NCBI GenBank assembly: GCA_029938715.1
Contig: JAOZUK010000006.1
Location: 3,069 to 67,068, forward strand
DNA from: Bacteroidales bacterium
GTDB lineage: Bacteria > Bacteroidota > Bacteroidia > Bacteroidales > GCA-2748055
Direction of reading: 5' to 3'
Length of the DNA stretch: 64,000 bases
Below the pieces are notes generated by a model. That model had not been told where the DNA came from. It searched no databases and saw nothing but the letters and a program-made list of their open reading frames with translations. Shown here piece after piece: positions 1 to 9,029 of this stretch (position 1 is its first letter; each line of letters starts with the position of its first letter). Made by a program: the position numbers and the translations under genes.

Positions 1-2192
1 GGAAGGAATTCCACCAGATGATTTGCCACCCCGATGGGTCCTACACCAGGGCCTCCTCCTCCGTGGGGAATGGCAAAGGTTTTATGCAGATTCAGGTGAC
101 AGACATCGGCCCCTATGTGTGCAGGACTGGTGAGGCCCACCTGAGCATTCATATTTGCACCATCCATATATACCTGTCCACCATTATCATGTACAATACC
201 AATGATCTCCCGTATGTTGTCCTCAAAGACTCCATGCGTGGATGGGTAAGTAATCATTATGGAAGAAAGCTCATCCCTGTTCGATTCAGCCAGTTCTTTC
301 AGGTGAGCAGTATCTATGTTGCCATAGTCGTCGCACTTCACCACCTTTACTTCCAGACCAGCCATTATGGCACTGGCGGGATTGGTTCCATGGGCAGATG
401 CAGGTATCAGCGCCACGTTTCTCTGTGCATCTCCCCGGTCCTTATGGTACGCCTGGATCACCATCAACCCTGCGTATTCACCAGCAGCTCCAGAGTTTGG
501 CTGGAACGAGATAGTCTCAAACCCGGTGACCTCCTTAAGAGCAAACTCGAGTTCATTGATCAGCTGATGAAAACCTTCTGTCTGGTTAATGGGTACAAAA
601 GGGTGTACCGAGGCAAATTCGGGCCAGCTAACAGCCATGAGCTGAGATGCTGCATTAAGCTTCATGGTACAGGAGCCCAGTGAGATCATGGACTGAGTAA
701 GTGAGATGTCTTTTCTTTCAAGCATCCTGATGTACCTCATCATCTCTGTTTCGGATCGGTATTTATTGAATACCTCCTGCTGAAGGATGGCTGATTTTCT
801 CTTGAAAACTCCCGCAAAGGCTGTTGTGCTGCTGAGTGTCTCCTCAAAGTGGATCCCTTTCTTTACAGAAACAGAGAATATCTCCAGGATCTCGTTAAGC
901 CGTTCCTCCGTTGATGTTTCGTCAGTGGAGAACTGTACCAGAGATTCATCAGGGTAAAAGAGGTTAATCCCCTTTTCTTCAGAAAGTTCTCTGATGGCCA
1001 TTGAGGTAATTCCTTCAGGAAGTTTCACCAGTAGCGTGTCGAAGTAATCCTTATGAAGGACCCGGTAGCCCAACTCCTCAACTTTAGCAGCCAGATAAGC
1101 AGCTCCTGTATGAATGTTAGAAGCAATTCGTTTTAGACCTTCCGAACCGTGATAGGCAGCGTACATCCCTGCCATGCTGGCCAGCAGAGCTTGTGCCGTA
1201 CAAATATTTGAAGTGGCACGTTCCCTTTTAATATGCTGCTCCCTGGTTTGAAGTGCCATCCTGAGTGCTGGTTTCTCATTCACATCAATGGAAATCCCAA
1301 TGATCCTGCCCGGAATATGTCTTTTAAAACCCTCTCTGGTTGCGAAAAATGCAGCATGCGGTCCGCCGTAGAACATGGGAATTCCAAAACGCTGTGTAGA
1401 TCCAACCACTACATCGGCTCCCCATTCTCCGGGGGGAGTGATCAGGACAAGGCTCATCAGATCTGCAACCACTGCCACAGCCAGTCCGTTTTTATGAGCC
1501 GATTCTGTGAATTTCGAGTAATCCCTGATGTGGCCGTTAGCTGCGGGATATTGAACCAGGCAACCGAATAAAGAGGCATCGAGCGAAACAGTCTCGTAGG
1601 ATCCAAATACAAGCTCAATACCCAGCGGTTGTGCCCTTGTAATCAGTAGAGATTTTGTTTGAGGAAAGACATTTTCATCCACAAAAAATCTATTTTTCCC
1701 CTCCTTTACATTGGCCCTTGAACGTGCATTGAAAAACATGATCATAGCTTCTGCTGCAGCCGTGGATTCATCCAATAAAGATGCATTAGCTATTTCCATA
1801 CTGGTTAGCTCCATCACCATGGTCTGGAAGTTGAGCAATGCTTCAAGCCTTCCCTGTGAGATTTCAGCCTGATAGGGAGTATAGGAGGTATACCAGTTGG
1901 GATTCTCCAGAATATTCCGCTGAATAACCGGAGGCAGAATGGAGTTGTAGTAACCAAGCCCCAAGTAAGTCTTAAATGGTTTGTTTTTTCCTGCAATGAA
2001 ACGCATTCGCTCCAGGTAGGCTTGTTCACTAATTCCGTTGGGAAGATTGAGTGGATCTGATTTGAAAATGGCTCCCGGGATGGTTTTAGAAACCAGTTCG
2101 TTAACCGATTTGACTCCAATTTTTTCAAGCATTTCATTTACCTCGGGCTGCCTTGGACCCAGATGACGTTGGCTAAATAGATCGGATTTCAT
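1..2192 (-). CDS. gcvP: glycine dehydrogenase (decarboxylating), glycine-cleavage P protein; about 730 N-terminal codons, C-terminus lies beyond position 1
   Basis: Absent from the ORF track because it is open to the window edge. The reverse complement from ATG (2192..2190) reads without a stop: MKSDLFSQRHLGPRQPEVNEMLEKIG...YTSYTPYQAEISQGRLEALLNFQTMV...HIKRERATSNICTAQALLA...CHLNLHKTFAIPHGGGGPG. These are conserved GcvP blocks, including the PLP-lysine context. Confidence 0.92.
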   Translation of the reverse strand, partial: MKSDLFSQRHLGPRQPEVNEMLEKIGVKSVNELVSKTIPGAIFKSDPLNLPNGISEQAYLERMRFIAGKNKPFKTYLGLGYYNSILPPVIQRNILENPNWYTSYTPYQAEISQGRLEALLNFQTMVMELTSMEIANASLLDESTAAAEAMIMFFNARSRANVKEGKNRFFVDENVFPQTKSLLITRAQPLGIELVFGSYETVSLDASLFGCLVQYPAANGHIRDYSKFTESAHKNGLAVAVVADLMSLVLITPPGEWGADVVVGSTQRFGIPMFYGGPHAAFFATREGFKRHIPGRIIGISIDVNEKPALRMALQTREQHIKRERATSNICTAQALLASMAGMYAAYHGSEGLKRIASNIHTGAAYLAAKVEELGYRVLHKDYFDTLLVKLPEGITSMAIRELSEEKGINLFYPDESLVQFSTDETSTEERLNEILEIFSVSVKKGIHFEETLSSTTAFAGVFKRKSAILQQEVFNKYRSETEMMRYIRMLERKDISLTQSMISLGSCTMKLNAASQLMAVSWPEFASVHPFVPINQTEGFHQLINELEFALKEVTGFETISFQPNSGAAGEYAGLMVIQAYHKDRGDAQRNVALIPASAHGTNPASAIMAGLEVKVVKCDDYGNIDTAHLKELAESNRDELSSIMITYPSTHGVFEDNIREIIGIVHDNGGQVYMDGANMNAQVGLTSPAHIGADVCHLNLHKTFAIPHGGGGPGVGPIGVANHLVEFL

Positions 2193-2198
2193 AAGGGG

Positions 2199-2206
2199 CA
2201 AATATA
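2199..2206 (-). promoter_or_regulatory. candidate Bacteroidota -7 promoter box (TATATTTG on minus strand) for gcvP
   Basis: Exact match to the TAnnTTTG consensus. It ends 7 nt upstream of the gcvP ATG, which would imply a leaderless or near-leaderless mRNA. This is a motif match only. Confidence 0.25.
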
Positions 2207-2243
2207 AGCAAACGGAGGATTAATTTTGTTGAGGGAAATCATG

Positions 2244-2891
2244 TTATAGAGCCATGGAAAGAAATGGATTTCCGGCAATTTCCTCACCTATGGTTGACGA
2301 GTCTCCATGTCCCGGATACACGACGGTCTCTGGCGGGAGTATCAGTAACCTTTTACGAATGCTCTGGATAAGTGTATCATAATCTCCTCCAGGCAGATCG
2401 GTCCTTCCAATACTCTGCTGAAACAGGGCATCTCCAGTAATTACAAATCCCCCTTCTTTTGAGTAAAACGCGAGACTGCCCGGAGAGTGTCCGGGAACCA
2501 GGATGGCCTGGATGGAATGAGCACCCAGAGCGATAACCTCATTATCCTCAATGGGCTCGTCGATACCAGGAATGGGTTCCACATTTAAACCGAACATATC
2601 TCCCATCAGGGGTGCATTGCTAACCAGTCCAGCCTCATTGGAGTGGGCCCGAAAGGGGCAACCGAATGTAGATTTTACATGCAGTACACCCAGTACATGG
2701 TCCACGTGACCGTGGGTATTGATTTGTCCAGTTACAGTTAGCCCCTTTTCCGAAATGTAGGAATCAAAAATCCTGGTCTCCTCCGGGGAATAGAATGCCG
2801 GATCTACAATTAAACAATGCCCGTTTTCGTCCCTGATCAGGTAGGTGTTTACCTGAAAAGAGTTAAAAACATGTTTCTCTATCTGGATCAT
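2244..2891 (-). CDS. MBL-fold metallo-hydrolase (hydroxyacylglutathione hydrolase-like)
   Basis: 215 aa ORF. It has the HxHxDH metal motif (INTHGHVDHV), a downstream VPGHSPGS block and GHG near the C-terminus. Confidence 0.85.
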   Translation of the reverse strand: MIQIEKHVFNSFQVNTYLIRDENGHCLIVDPAFYSPEETRIFDSYISEKGLTVTGQINTHGHVDHVLGVLHVKSTFGCPFRAHSNEAGLVSNAPLMGDMFGLNVEPIPGIDEPIEDNEVIALGAHSIQAILVPGHSPGSLAFYSKEGGFVITGDALFQQSIGRTDLPGGDYDTLIQSIRKRLLILPPETVVYPGHGDSSTIGEEIAGNPFLSMAL

Positions 2892-2892
2892 C

Positions 2893-3543
2893 TTAATTGT
2901 TTTTACCCTTTAACATTGGGACGAATGAGAAATATCCATGTTCGGAACTCAGGAAAGAATCTTTTGATTCCCTGACTACCTTAATCATCTTCTGACCCGA
3001 TTGGTCACCTTCAGGTACCACAAGGATGCCTCCAATGGCCAGTTGATCCAATAGTTTTTGTGGGATTTTTTGGGCCGCTGCAGTTACCAGTATCCTGTCG
3101 AATGGGGCATATGCAGGTACCCCTTCATATCCGTCACCATAGAAATAGATGGGTTTGTAGTTCAGGGGAGCGAGGGTTTTTTGAGCTTCAAGAAAGAGCT
3201 GCCTTTGCCGTTCAATGGTATATACCCTTGCCCCAAGTTCCAGTAGAACAGCAGTCTGGTACCCGGATCCAGTACCGACCTCAAGCACTTTCAGGTGCCT
3301 GGTTACCTCCAGTAACTCGGTCTGGAATGCGACTGTGTAAGGTTGTGAAATTGTCTGACCGGCAGCAATGGGGAAAGCCTTATCTGTATAAGAGAAGTTA
3401 ATGAAACTGCTATCCATAAAGAGGTGCCTTGGAACTCTTCCCATGGCATCCAGCACCTCTTCATCCTGGATTCCTTTGTTTCGAACTTCCTCTATCAACC
3501 TCTTTCGTAGCCCTTTATGTCGATAACTCTCTTTCTGGTTCAT
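2893..3543 (-). CDS. pcm: protein-L-isoaspartate O-methyltransferase
   Basis: Carries GQTISQPYTVA and the SAM-binding block VLEVGTGSGYQTAVL. The ORF is open to 3588, but the internal ATG at 3543 (MNQKESYRHKGLRKRLIEE) gives the usual length. Confidence 0.88.
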   Translation of the reverse strand: MNQKESYRHKGLRKRLIEEVRNKGIQDEEVLDAMGRVPRHLFMDSSFINFSYTDKAFPIAAGQTISQPYTVAFQTELLEVTRHLKVLEVGTGSGYQTAVLLELGARVYTIERQRQLFLEAQKTLAPLNYKPIYFYGDGYEGVPAYAPFDRILVTAAAQKIPQKLLDQLAIGGILVVPEGDQSGQKMIKVVRESKDSFLSSEHGYFSFVPMLKGKNN

Positions 3544-3618
3544 TTGAAAGCATAAATATAGTTTATATTCTTGAACATATATGGCCATTTTTTTTTGCTG
3601 TCAATGCAATTATTCTGG

Positions 3619-3626
3619 TACGTTTG
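3619..3626 (+). promoter_or_regulatory. candidate -7 promoter box TACGTTTG for the sugar transferase gene
   Basis: Exact TAnnTTTG match 34 nt upstream of the ATG at 3660. Motif match only. Confidence 0.3.
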
Positions 3627-3659
3627 CAGTTATTATAAACAGAGGTCGACTATTATTGA

Positions 3660-5078
3660 ATGAAGAACTACAAGAACCAACGATTTCTCTACATTGCATT
3701 TGATTTCCTTGCTGCCTTAGTGGCTTGGATTCTCTTTTACATGTTTCGAAAGGTTCAGATTGAGCCCCAAGTGTTTGGTATAGATATTCCCATAACATTG
3801 GGTTCGCGATTCTGGGCCGGAGCCATTGGGCTTCCATTTGCCTGGATCATGCTCTACTATTTCACTGGTTTTTACAATAGTGTGTTCCGTCGCTCCAGGC
3901 TGGATGATTTGATCCGTACATTTATGACCGCATTGATGGGGGTGATTATCATCTTCTTTCTTTTGATTCTCGACGATACAATTGTCGATTATACCAATTA
4001 CTACAGCCTGTTTTTCACCCTTTTCCTGCTCCATTTCAGCATCACCCTGGTACCAAGGATGTTGATCACCGGCCAAACAGTCCGACGGGTTCATCAACGT
4101 AAAATCGGGTTTAAGACCGTGATGCTTGGTAGCAATGAAAATGCAGTGGATGTCTACATGGATATCCTGGATCAGAAGAAATCCAGTGGGCATGAGATTT
4201 TGGGCTTCATCAATGTTCATCAAAAGGTGCATTACCAGCTGCAGGATCACATTGCCCAGCTGGGCGGCTATGAAAACCTGGAGTCGATTCTTAGGGAGCA
4301 CAGGGTGGAAGAGGTCATTATTGCGCTGGAACCCTCAGAACATGGCACAATTGGTGATCTAATTAACATGCTTTCTTTATTGGATGTAAGGATCAGTGCC
4401 ATTCCAAGTATGACCGATATCCTTACAGGAAAGGTGAAAAGTACCACCATTTTTGGGACCCCCTTACTTGAGGTTACCCATGATCTGATGCCTGCCTGGC
4501 AGCAGAATCTTAAGCAGATGATGGATATAATCCTGGCCGTTGTTGCAATTATTGTGCTGATGCCTCTGAATCTTTTCCTGATCATTGGAGTGAAATTATC
4601 TTCACCCGGGCCTATTTTTTATAAGCAGGACCGGGTGGGTAGATACGGACGTGAATTTAAAATATATAAGTTCCGGTCTATGTATCACAATGCAGAAGAG
4701 AATGGACCTGAGCTCTCCTCAAAGCATGATCCTCGTGTGACCCGCTTTGGACAGTTGATGCGCAAACACAGGCTGGATGAGATCCCAAATTTCCTGAATG
4801 TATTGAAAGGGGATATGTCTCTGGTAGGACCTCGGCCCGAGCGGGAATATTTCATTCAGAAAATTACACAGGAGGCGCCTCATTATATCCACCTCCATAA
4901 AGTGAAGCCCGGAATTACCTCCTGGGGCCAGGTCAAGTACGGGTATGCCGAGAATGTCCAGGAGATGATCAAAAGGCTCAGATACGATATTCTCTATATT
5001 GAGAATATGTCTCTTTTTGTGGATCTGAAGATCTTATTCTATACGGTCATTACCATTATAAAGGGAAGGGGAGTTTAA
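3660..5078 (+). CDS. polyprenyl-phosphate glycosyl-1-phosphate transferase (WbaP/bacterial sugar transferase family)
   Basis: 472 aa with N-terminal TM helices. The C-terminal sugar-transferase domain reads [26 protein letters not shown]...[38 protein letters not shown]. Confidence 0.88.
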   Translation: MKNYKNQRFLYIAFDFLAALVAWILFYMFRKVQIEPQVFGIDIPITLGSRFWAGAIGLPFAWIMLYYFTGFYNSVFRRSRLDDLIRTFMTALMGVIIIFFLLILDDTIVDYTNYYSLFFTLFLLHFSITLVPRMLITGQTVRRVHQRKIGFKTVMLGSNENAVDVYMDILDQKKSSGHEILGFINVHQKVHYQLQDHIAQLGGYENLESILREHRVEEVIIALEPSEHGTIGDLINMLSLLDVRISAIPSMTDILTGKVKSTTIFGTPLLEVTHDLMPAWQQNLKQMMDIILAVVAIIVLMPLNLFLIIGVKLSSPGPIFYKQDRVGRYGREFKIYKFRSMYHNAEENGPELSSKHDPRVTRFGQLMRKHRLDEIPNFLNVLKGDMSLVGPRPEREYFIQKITQEAPHYIHLHKVKPGITSWGQVKYGYAENVQEMIKRLRYDILYIENMSLFVDLKILFYTVITIIKGRGV

Positions 5079-5097
5079 TCCTCCAAACCCACAGAGG

Positions 5098-7203
5098 CTA
5101 ATCTAAGCCTCTTCCTTTCAGCAACGGATCGATGGTTGGTTCCTGTCCCCTGAATTTTACATACATCTCCATCTCATCGACCGAGCCTCCTTTTTCCAGT
5201 ATATTTTCCCTGAAAGAAGTGGCTGTGGCCTGATCAAACAGGCTGGTTTCCAGGAAGGCATTGAAGGCATCTTTGTCAAGAACCTCAGCCCAGATATAAC
5301 TGTAATACCCTGCAGAATAGCCTCCTGAAAATATGTGGGAGAAATAGGTTGAACGGTATCGGGGTATAATCTCATTGATCAATCCGATTCGGTCCATTGA
5401 AGCAGCTTCGAAATCCTCCACATCCAGCCCAACCGCTTCGCCCAGCGTGTGATAGTCCATATCAAGGATGGAGGCTGCTACATACTCCACAGTGACAAAC
5501 CCCTGGTTAAATTTACTGGCAGCTTCAAGTTTAGCGATCAGCTCATCGGGAATATTCTCTCCAGTCTCATAATGTTTTGCGTAAGTTTTTAATACTTCTG
5601 GATGTGCACCCCAATTTTCCATGATCTGTGACGGGAGTTCCACAAAATCCCATGCCACTGAAGTTCCCGAAGTGGTCAGGTATTCACATTTTGTTAGCAT
5701 GGAATGGAGCGCGTGTCCAAATTCATGAAAGAAAGTGAGGGTCTCATCGAAACTTAGAAGTGCGGGTTTACCTCCGGTAGGTCTGGTGAAGTTCATAACA
5801 ATCATCTGAACAGGGGTCACCCAAACACCCTCCTCCATATGGGCCTTACGAATACTGGTGCTCCAGGCTCCGCTTCGTTTACCAGGCCTGGGATGGAAAT
5901 CCATATAGAGAATGCCAAGGTGAGATCCATCCTTCTCTTTGACCTCATATGCTTTGGCCTCCTTATGGTATGAAGGCAGGTCATCACGAAGTTCAAATGT
6001 AAGTCCATAGAGGTTATTGACCACGCTGAAGAGTCCCTCTTTTACAGCTTCAAGGCTGAAATAGGCCCTGATCTCCTCTTCATTAAGGTCGTACTTCTCT
6101 TTCCTGATCTTTTCAGTATAATACCACCAGTCCCACGTCTCCAGCCTGAAATTCCCTCCTTCGCGGTCGATCATCTCCTGCATCAGGGAAGCCTCTCCAG
6201 TGGCCTTTTTTAATGCGGGTTCCCAGATCTTCATCAGCAATTCATAAACATTGGCAGGTTCCTGCGACATCCTCTCGGTGAGTGTGAAATCGGCGTGCGA
6301 ATCGTATCCCAGCAGATTGGCTCTTTCAATCCGCAGGGCAATGATCTCTTTAATGATCTCCTTGTTATCATATTCATTTCCTGTATTACTTCGCATAAAC
6401 ATGGCCCTGTAGATCTCCTCCCTTAGCTGGCGATTCTCTGCATACTGAAGAAACGGGATCCAGCTTGGTTTATGCAGGGTAAACATCCATTTGCCAGGAT
6501 AACCTGCTCCTGAAGCAGCATCTGAAGCAGCCGAGCGTACCGATTCTGGTAGGCCGGCCAGATCTGCTTCATTATCTATCAGAAGTTGGTAATTATTGGT
6601 CTCTGCAAGCAGATTGTTCCCAAATTGCATGGAAAGCATGGAGAGTTTTTCGTCGATCTCCCTGATTCTGGCTTTGCCCTGTTCATGAAGGTTTGCCCCA
6701 TTTCTGACAAATCTCTTGTAGATCTTTTCAAGTACTCTAGTCTGTTCGGCATTGAGGTTTACGGATTCCTGGTTATCGTAAACCAGTTTCACTTTTTCGA
6801 ACAGGTCGGGATTCAACATCATATTGCTCTGGTGGGCCGAAGTAATTGGAACAAGAATCCTGGCGATGGAATCAATTTCGTCGTTGGTTTCTGCTGATCT
6901 TAGTTTGTAAAATACACCGCCCACCTTCCTGAGTACCTCTCCACTCAGATCAAAAGGTGCAATGGTATTTGCAAAGGTCGGAGCCTCCGTATTCCCGATA
7001 ATGGCTATAATTTCATCTTCCTGAAGTTTGACACCTTCCTTGAAAGCAGGTATAAAGTGCTCGTTTTCAACAAGATTGAAAGGAGGTACCTCAAAGGGGG
7101 TATTGTATGTTTCCAGGAATGGATTGGTATTTTGTTTCTCTTTCATGTTGCAGCTACTGAGTATGATCAATACAACAAGGATTGGTGCGATAAGTTTTTT
7201 CAC
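5098..7203 (-). CDS. dcp: M3 family metallopeptidase (peptidyl-dipeptidase Dcp-like), lipoprotein
   Basis: 701 aa. It has a lipoprotein signal (ILSSCN) and the zinc motif FFHEFGHALHSM, and its length fits M3A. Confidence 0.88.
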   Translation of the reverse strand: MKKLIAPILVVLIILSSCNMKEKQNTNPFLETYNTPFEVPPFNLVENEHFIPAFKEGVKLQEDEIIAIIGNTEAPTFANTIAPFDLSGEVLRKVGGVFYKLRSAETNDEIDSIARILVPITSAHQSNMMLNPDLFEKVKLVYDNQESVNLNAEQTRVLEKIYKRFVRNGANLHEQGKARIREIDEKLSMLSMQFGNNLLAETNNYQLLIDNEADLAGLPESVRSAASDAASGAGYPGKWMFTLHKPSWIPFLQYAENRQLREEIYRAMFMRSNTGNEYDNKEIIKEIIALRIERANLLGYDSHADFTLTERMSQEPANVYELLMKIWEPALKKATGEASLMQEMIDREGGNFRLETWDWWYYTEKIRKEKYDLNEEEIRAYFSLEAVKEGLFSVVNNLYGLTFELRDDLPSYHKEAKAYEVKEKDGSHLGILYMDFHPRPGKRSGAWSTSIRKAHMEEGVWVTPVQMIVMNFTRPTGGKPALLSFDETLTFFHEFGHALHSMLTKCEYLTTSGTSVAWDFVELPSQIMENWGAHPEVLKTYAKHYETGENIPDELIAKLEAASKFNQGFVTVEYVAASILDMDYHTLGEAVGLDVEDFEAASMDRIGLINEIIPRYRSTYFSHIFSGGYSAGYYSYIWAEVLDKDAFNAFLETSLFDQATATSFRENILEKGGSVDEMEMYVKFRGQEPTIDPLLKGRGLD

Positions 7204-7291
7204 GGTTCAGATTTAGATGTTAGATGAAGGCAACAATATATAATATATGTTAATCATTTTGGATGAGCTGAGTCATGCTGTTTGACAGCTT

Positions 7292-7329
7292 AAAAAAAGA
7301 AGGGCTGCCATGTCGAGTGACAGCCCTTC
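7292..7329 (-). terminator. rho-independent terminator after groES
   Basis: Perfect 9-bp stem GAAGGGCTG (7299..7307) / CAGCCCTTC (7321..7329). On the minus strand it is followed by a run of 7 T (A-run 7292..7298 on plus). Confidence 0.8.
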
Positions 7330-7389
7330 AGGCAGAAACCTAAAGATTTTGATAATGGTAAAAATGCCTACAGCCGGTCAGGCGCGATT

Positions 7390-7671
7390 CTAAATCTTGT
7401 CTGTTTCAACAACTCTTCCCAGGATATCTGCATAGGGCATCATCAGGTATTCCTTACCTTCAAATTCCACTTCAGTTCCCGAGAAACTCTTGTAAAAAAC
7501 CACGTCGCCCACTGAGATTTCAGGGTCTTCGATTCCGCTGATTGCCAGTACTTTTGCATATAGTGGTTTCTCTTTTGCAGTATCGGGAATAATAATACCC
7601 GAGGCTGTTTTTTCTTCAGAGGCTTCTATCTCCAGAAGCACATGTTGATTGATTGGCTGTAACTCTTTCAT
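7390..7671 (-). CDS. groES: co-chaperonin GroES (Cpn10) paralog, no groEL downstream
   Basis: 93 aa. It has a mobile-loop-like TASGIIIPDTAKEKP block and a C-terminal GKEYLMMPYADILG block. It is followed directly by a strong terminator and then dcp, not groEL. Confidence 0.85.
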   Translation of the reverse strand: MKELQPINQHVLLEIEASEEKTASGIIIPDTAKEKPLYAKVLAISGIEDPEISVGDVVFYKSFSGTEVEFEGKEYLMMPYADILGRVVETDKI

Positions 7672-7708
7672 TTTTAATTGAATTTTAGGTTTACTTAACT
7701 AGTCGAAC

Positions 7709-8290
7709 TTACTTTATCTCCAGCAGCTGATTGATTCTGGTTTTATCAAACCCCACAATCATCTGTCCATTAATATCTGTCTGAGGAACTCCCTGTTGTC
7801 CACTGCGCCTCACCATTGCCTCTGCAGCAGATGTATCACTGGCCACATTTACCTCGCGGTATTGAACCTGATGCTGAGCCAGGTAAGTTTTAAGGGTGGT
7901 GCACCACGAACAGCTGGGAGTGGTATATACGGTTACCTGCTTTGTTTTGCCACTGTCCTTTTGGCCATTTATTCCAATTTCGCGGCCTGAAATGATTGAA
8001 TCATAAGCTGATTCGGTCTGGCATCCCTTTATTACATTAACCACCTTACCCTGATCAAAGACTACCAGGCTGGGAGCACTGGTCACTTCCAGACGAGGAT
8101 GAATATCACGCACCTGGTTCACATCTGCAATAAACAGAGGGTGGGACTTTTCAGCTGATCTGCTGCTAATCCTTTTCAATGCGCATTCGCTTTGCTCCGT
8201 TCCACTTTTGTAGAGCAGAAGAAAGGATCTCTCATCGGAGGTGATGCCTGCTTTCAGTTCATCGTAAGAGTGTACTGGTTTTGTATTCAT
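7709..8290 (-). CDS. fusion of a thioredoxin-fold domain (single Cys) and a glutaredoxin-like (YruB/NrdH-type, CSWC) domain
   Basis: The C-terminal 75 aa read VTVYTTPSCSWCTTLKTYL...GVPQTDINGQMIVGFD, typical of a small glutaredoxin. The N-terminal half has a Trx-like cis-Pro block (SAPSLVVFDQGKVV) but no CxxC. The ORF is open to 8332, and ATG 8290 (MNTKPV) is the likelier start. Confidence 0.7.
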   Translation of the reverse strand: MNTKPVHSYDELKAGITSDERSFLLLYKSGTEQSECALKRISSRSAEKSHPLFIADVNQVRDIHPRLEVTSAPSLVVFDQGKVVNVIKGCQTESAYDSIISGREIGINGQKDSGKTKQVTVYTTPSCSWCTTLKTYLAQHQVQYREVNVASDTSAAEAMVRRSGQQGVPQTDINGQMIVGFDKTRINQLLEIK

Positions 8291-8353
8291 TGTATGGCTA
8301 TCTTTTGTTGTCAGGTACAAAGAAATAGCCAATTGGGAGATTGTACAGTAACT

Positions 8354-8992
8354 TTAGTCACATAACGCAGAATAGTCGATCCTGCCCCTGGAGAGACTGA
8401 TCAGCCCTTTTCTCTCCATTTGTTTTAACAGCCTGGAAATGACCTCCCTGGAGGTATTAAGTGCCATGGCTACATCCTGATGTGATCCTTCAAAAAGAGT
8501 CAATCGGGTGGAATTATAGCGGTCCCTGAAAAATTTCTCCAGCCTTTCATCCATTTTAAGAAAGGCAATGCTGTCCAGAGCATTGAGCAGCTCATCAAAT
8601 CGCAACTGTATGGAGTGCATGACATACTCTTTCCAGGTCTGGTAGCGTGTTAGCCAGCTGTCGAGCAACTCCACCGGGACCAGGACGGCCTCAGATTCTT
8701 CCACCGCAGTGGCCTTCACCCTGCTTCGAATACGGTCCATACAACAGGTGAGAGAGACGGTGCAAACCTCTCCGGGTCTAAGGTAATAGAGGAGCAGTTC
8801 ATTGCCTGATTCATCCGTTCTGCAAACTTTAATCAGCCCCGATATGACAATGGGGAACGACCTGATGTACTGATCTTCCCGAATAAGCTCCTGATCCGCT
8901 GAGAACTCCACTAATGTTCCTTCAGAACTTATGGCAGATCTTAGCCCGGATTCGAAAAATGGGAACCTCTTCTTTACAACCTCCTCCAGCAT
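8354..8992 (-). CDS. Crp/Fnr family transcriptional regulator
   Basis: 212 aa. It has an N-terminal cNMP-binding-like beta-roll and a C-terminal HTH (SHQDVAMALNTSREVISRLLKQMERKGLI). There is a Cys cluster, CTVSLTCCMD. Confidence 0.85.
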   Translation of the reverse strand: MLEEVVKKRFPFFESGLRSAISSEGTLVEFSADQELIREDQYIRSFPIVISGLIKVCRTDESGNELLLYYLRPGEVCTVSLTCCMDRIRSRVKATAVEESEAVLVPVELLDSWLTRYQTWKEYVMHSIQLRFDELLNALDSIAFLKMDERLEKFFRDRYNSTRLTLFEGSHQDVAMALNTSREVISRLLKQMERKGLISLSRGRIDYSALCD

Positions 8993-9029
8993 ACAGAAAT
9001 TTTCTATGAAGGTAGAAAGAAAGATCTAA

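Noticed and set aside
18-2137. Track ORFs 18..683(+), 367..567(+), 1233..1571(+) and 1814..2137(-)
   Set aside because: All lie inside the uninterrupted minus-strand gcvP frame (1..2192), which has unmistakable conserved blocks. These are shadow or alternative-frame ORFs.
2193-2243. Possible glycine riboswitch upstream of gcvP
   Set aside because: Only 51 nt separate gcvP from the next gene. That is too short for a glycine riboswitch, and no conserved aptamer core was seen.
3717-4301. 194-aa antisense ORF opposite the sugar transferase gene
   Set aside because: It lies fully within a well-supported plus-strand CDS. Its composition is typical of a shadow frame and it has no recognisable motifs.
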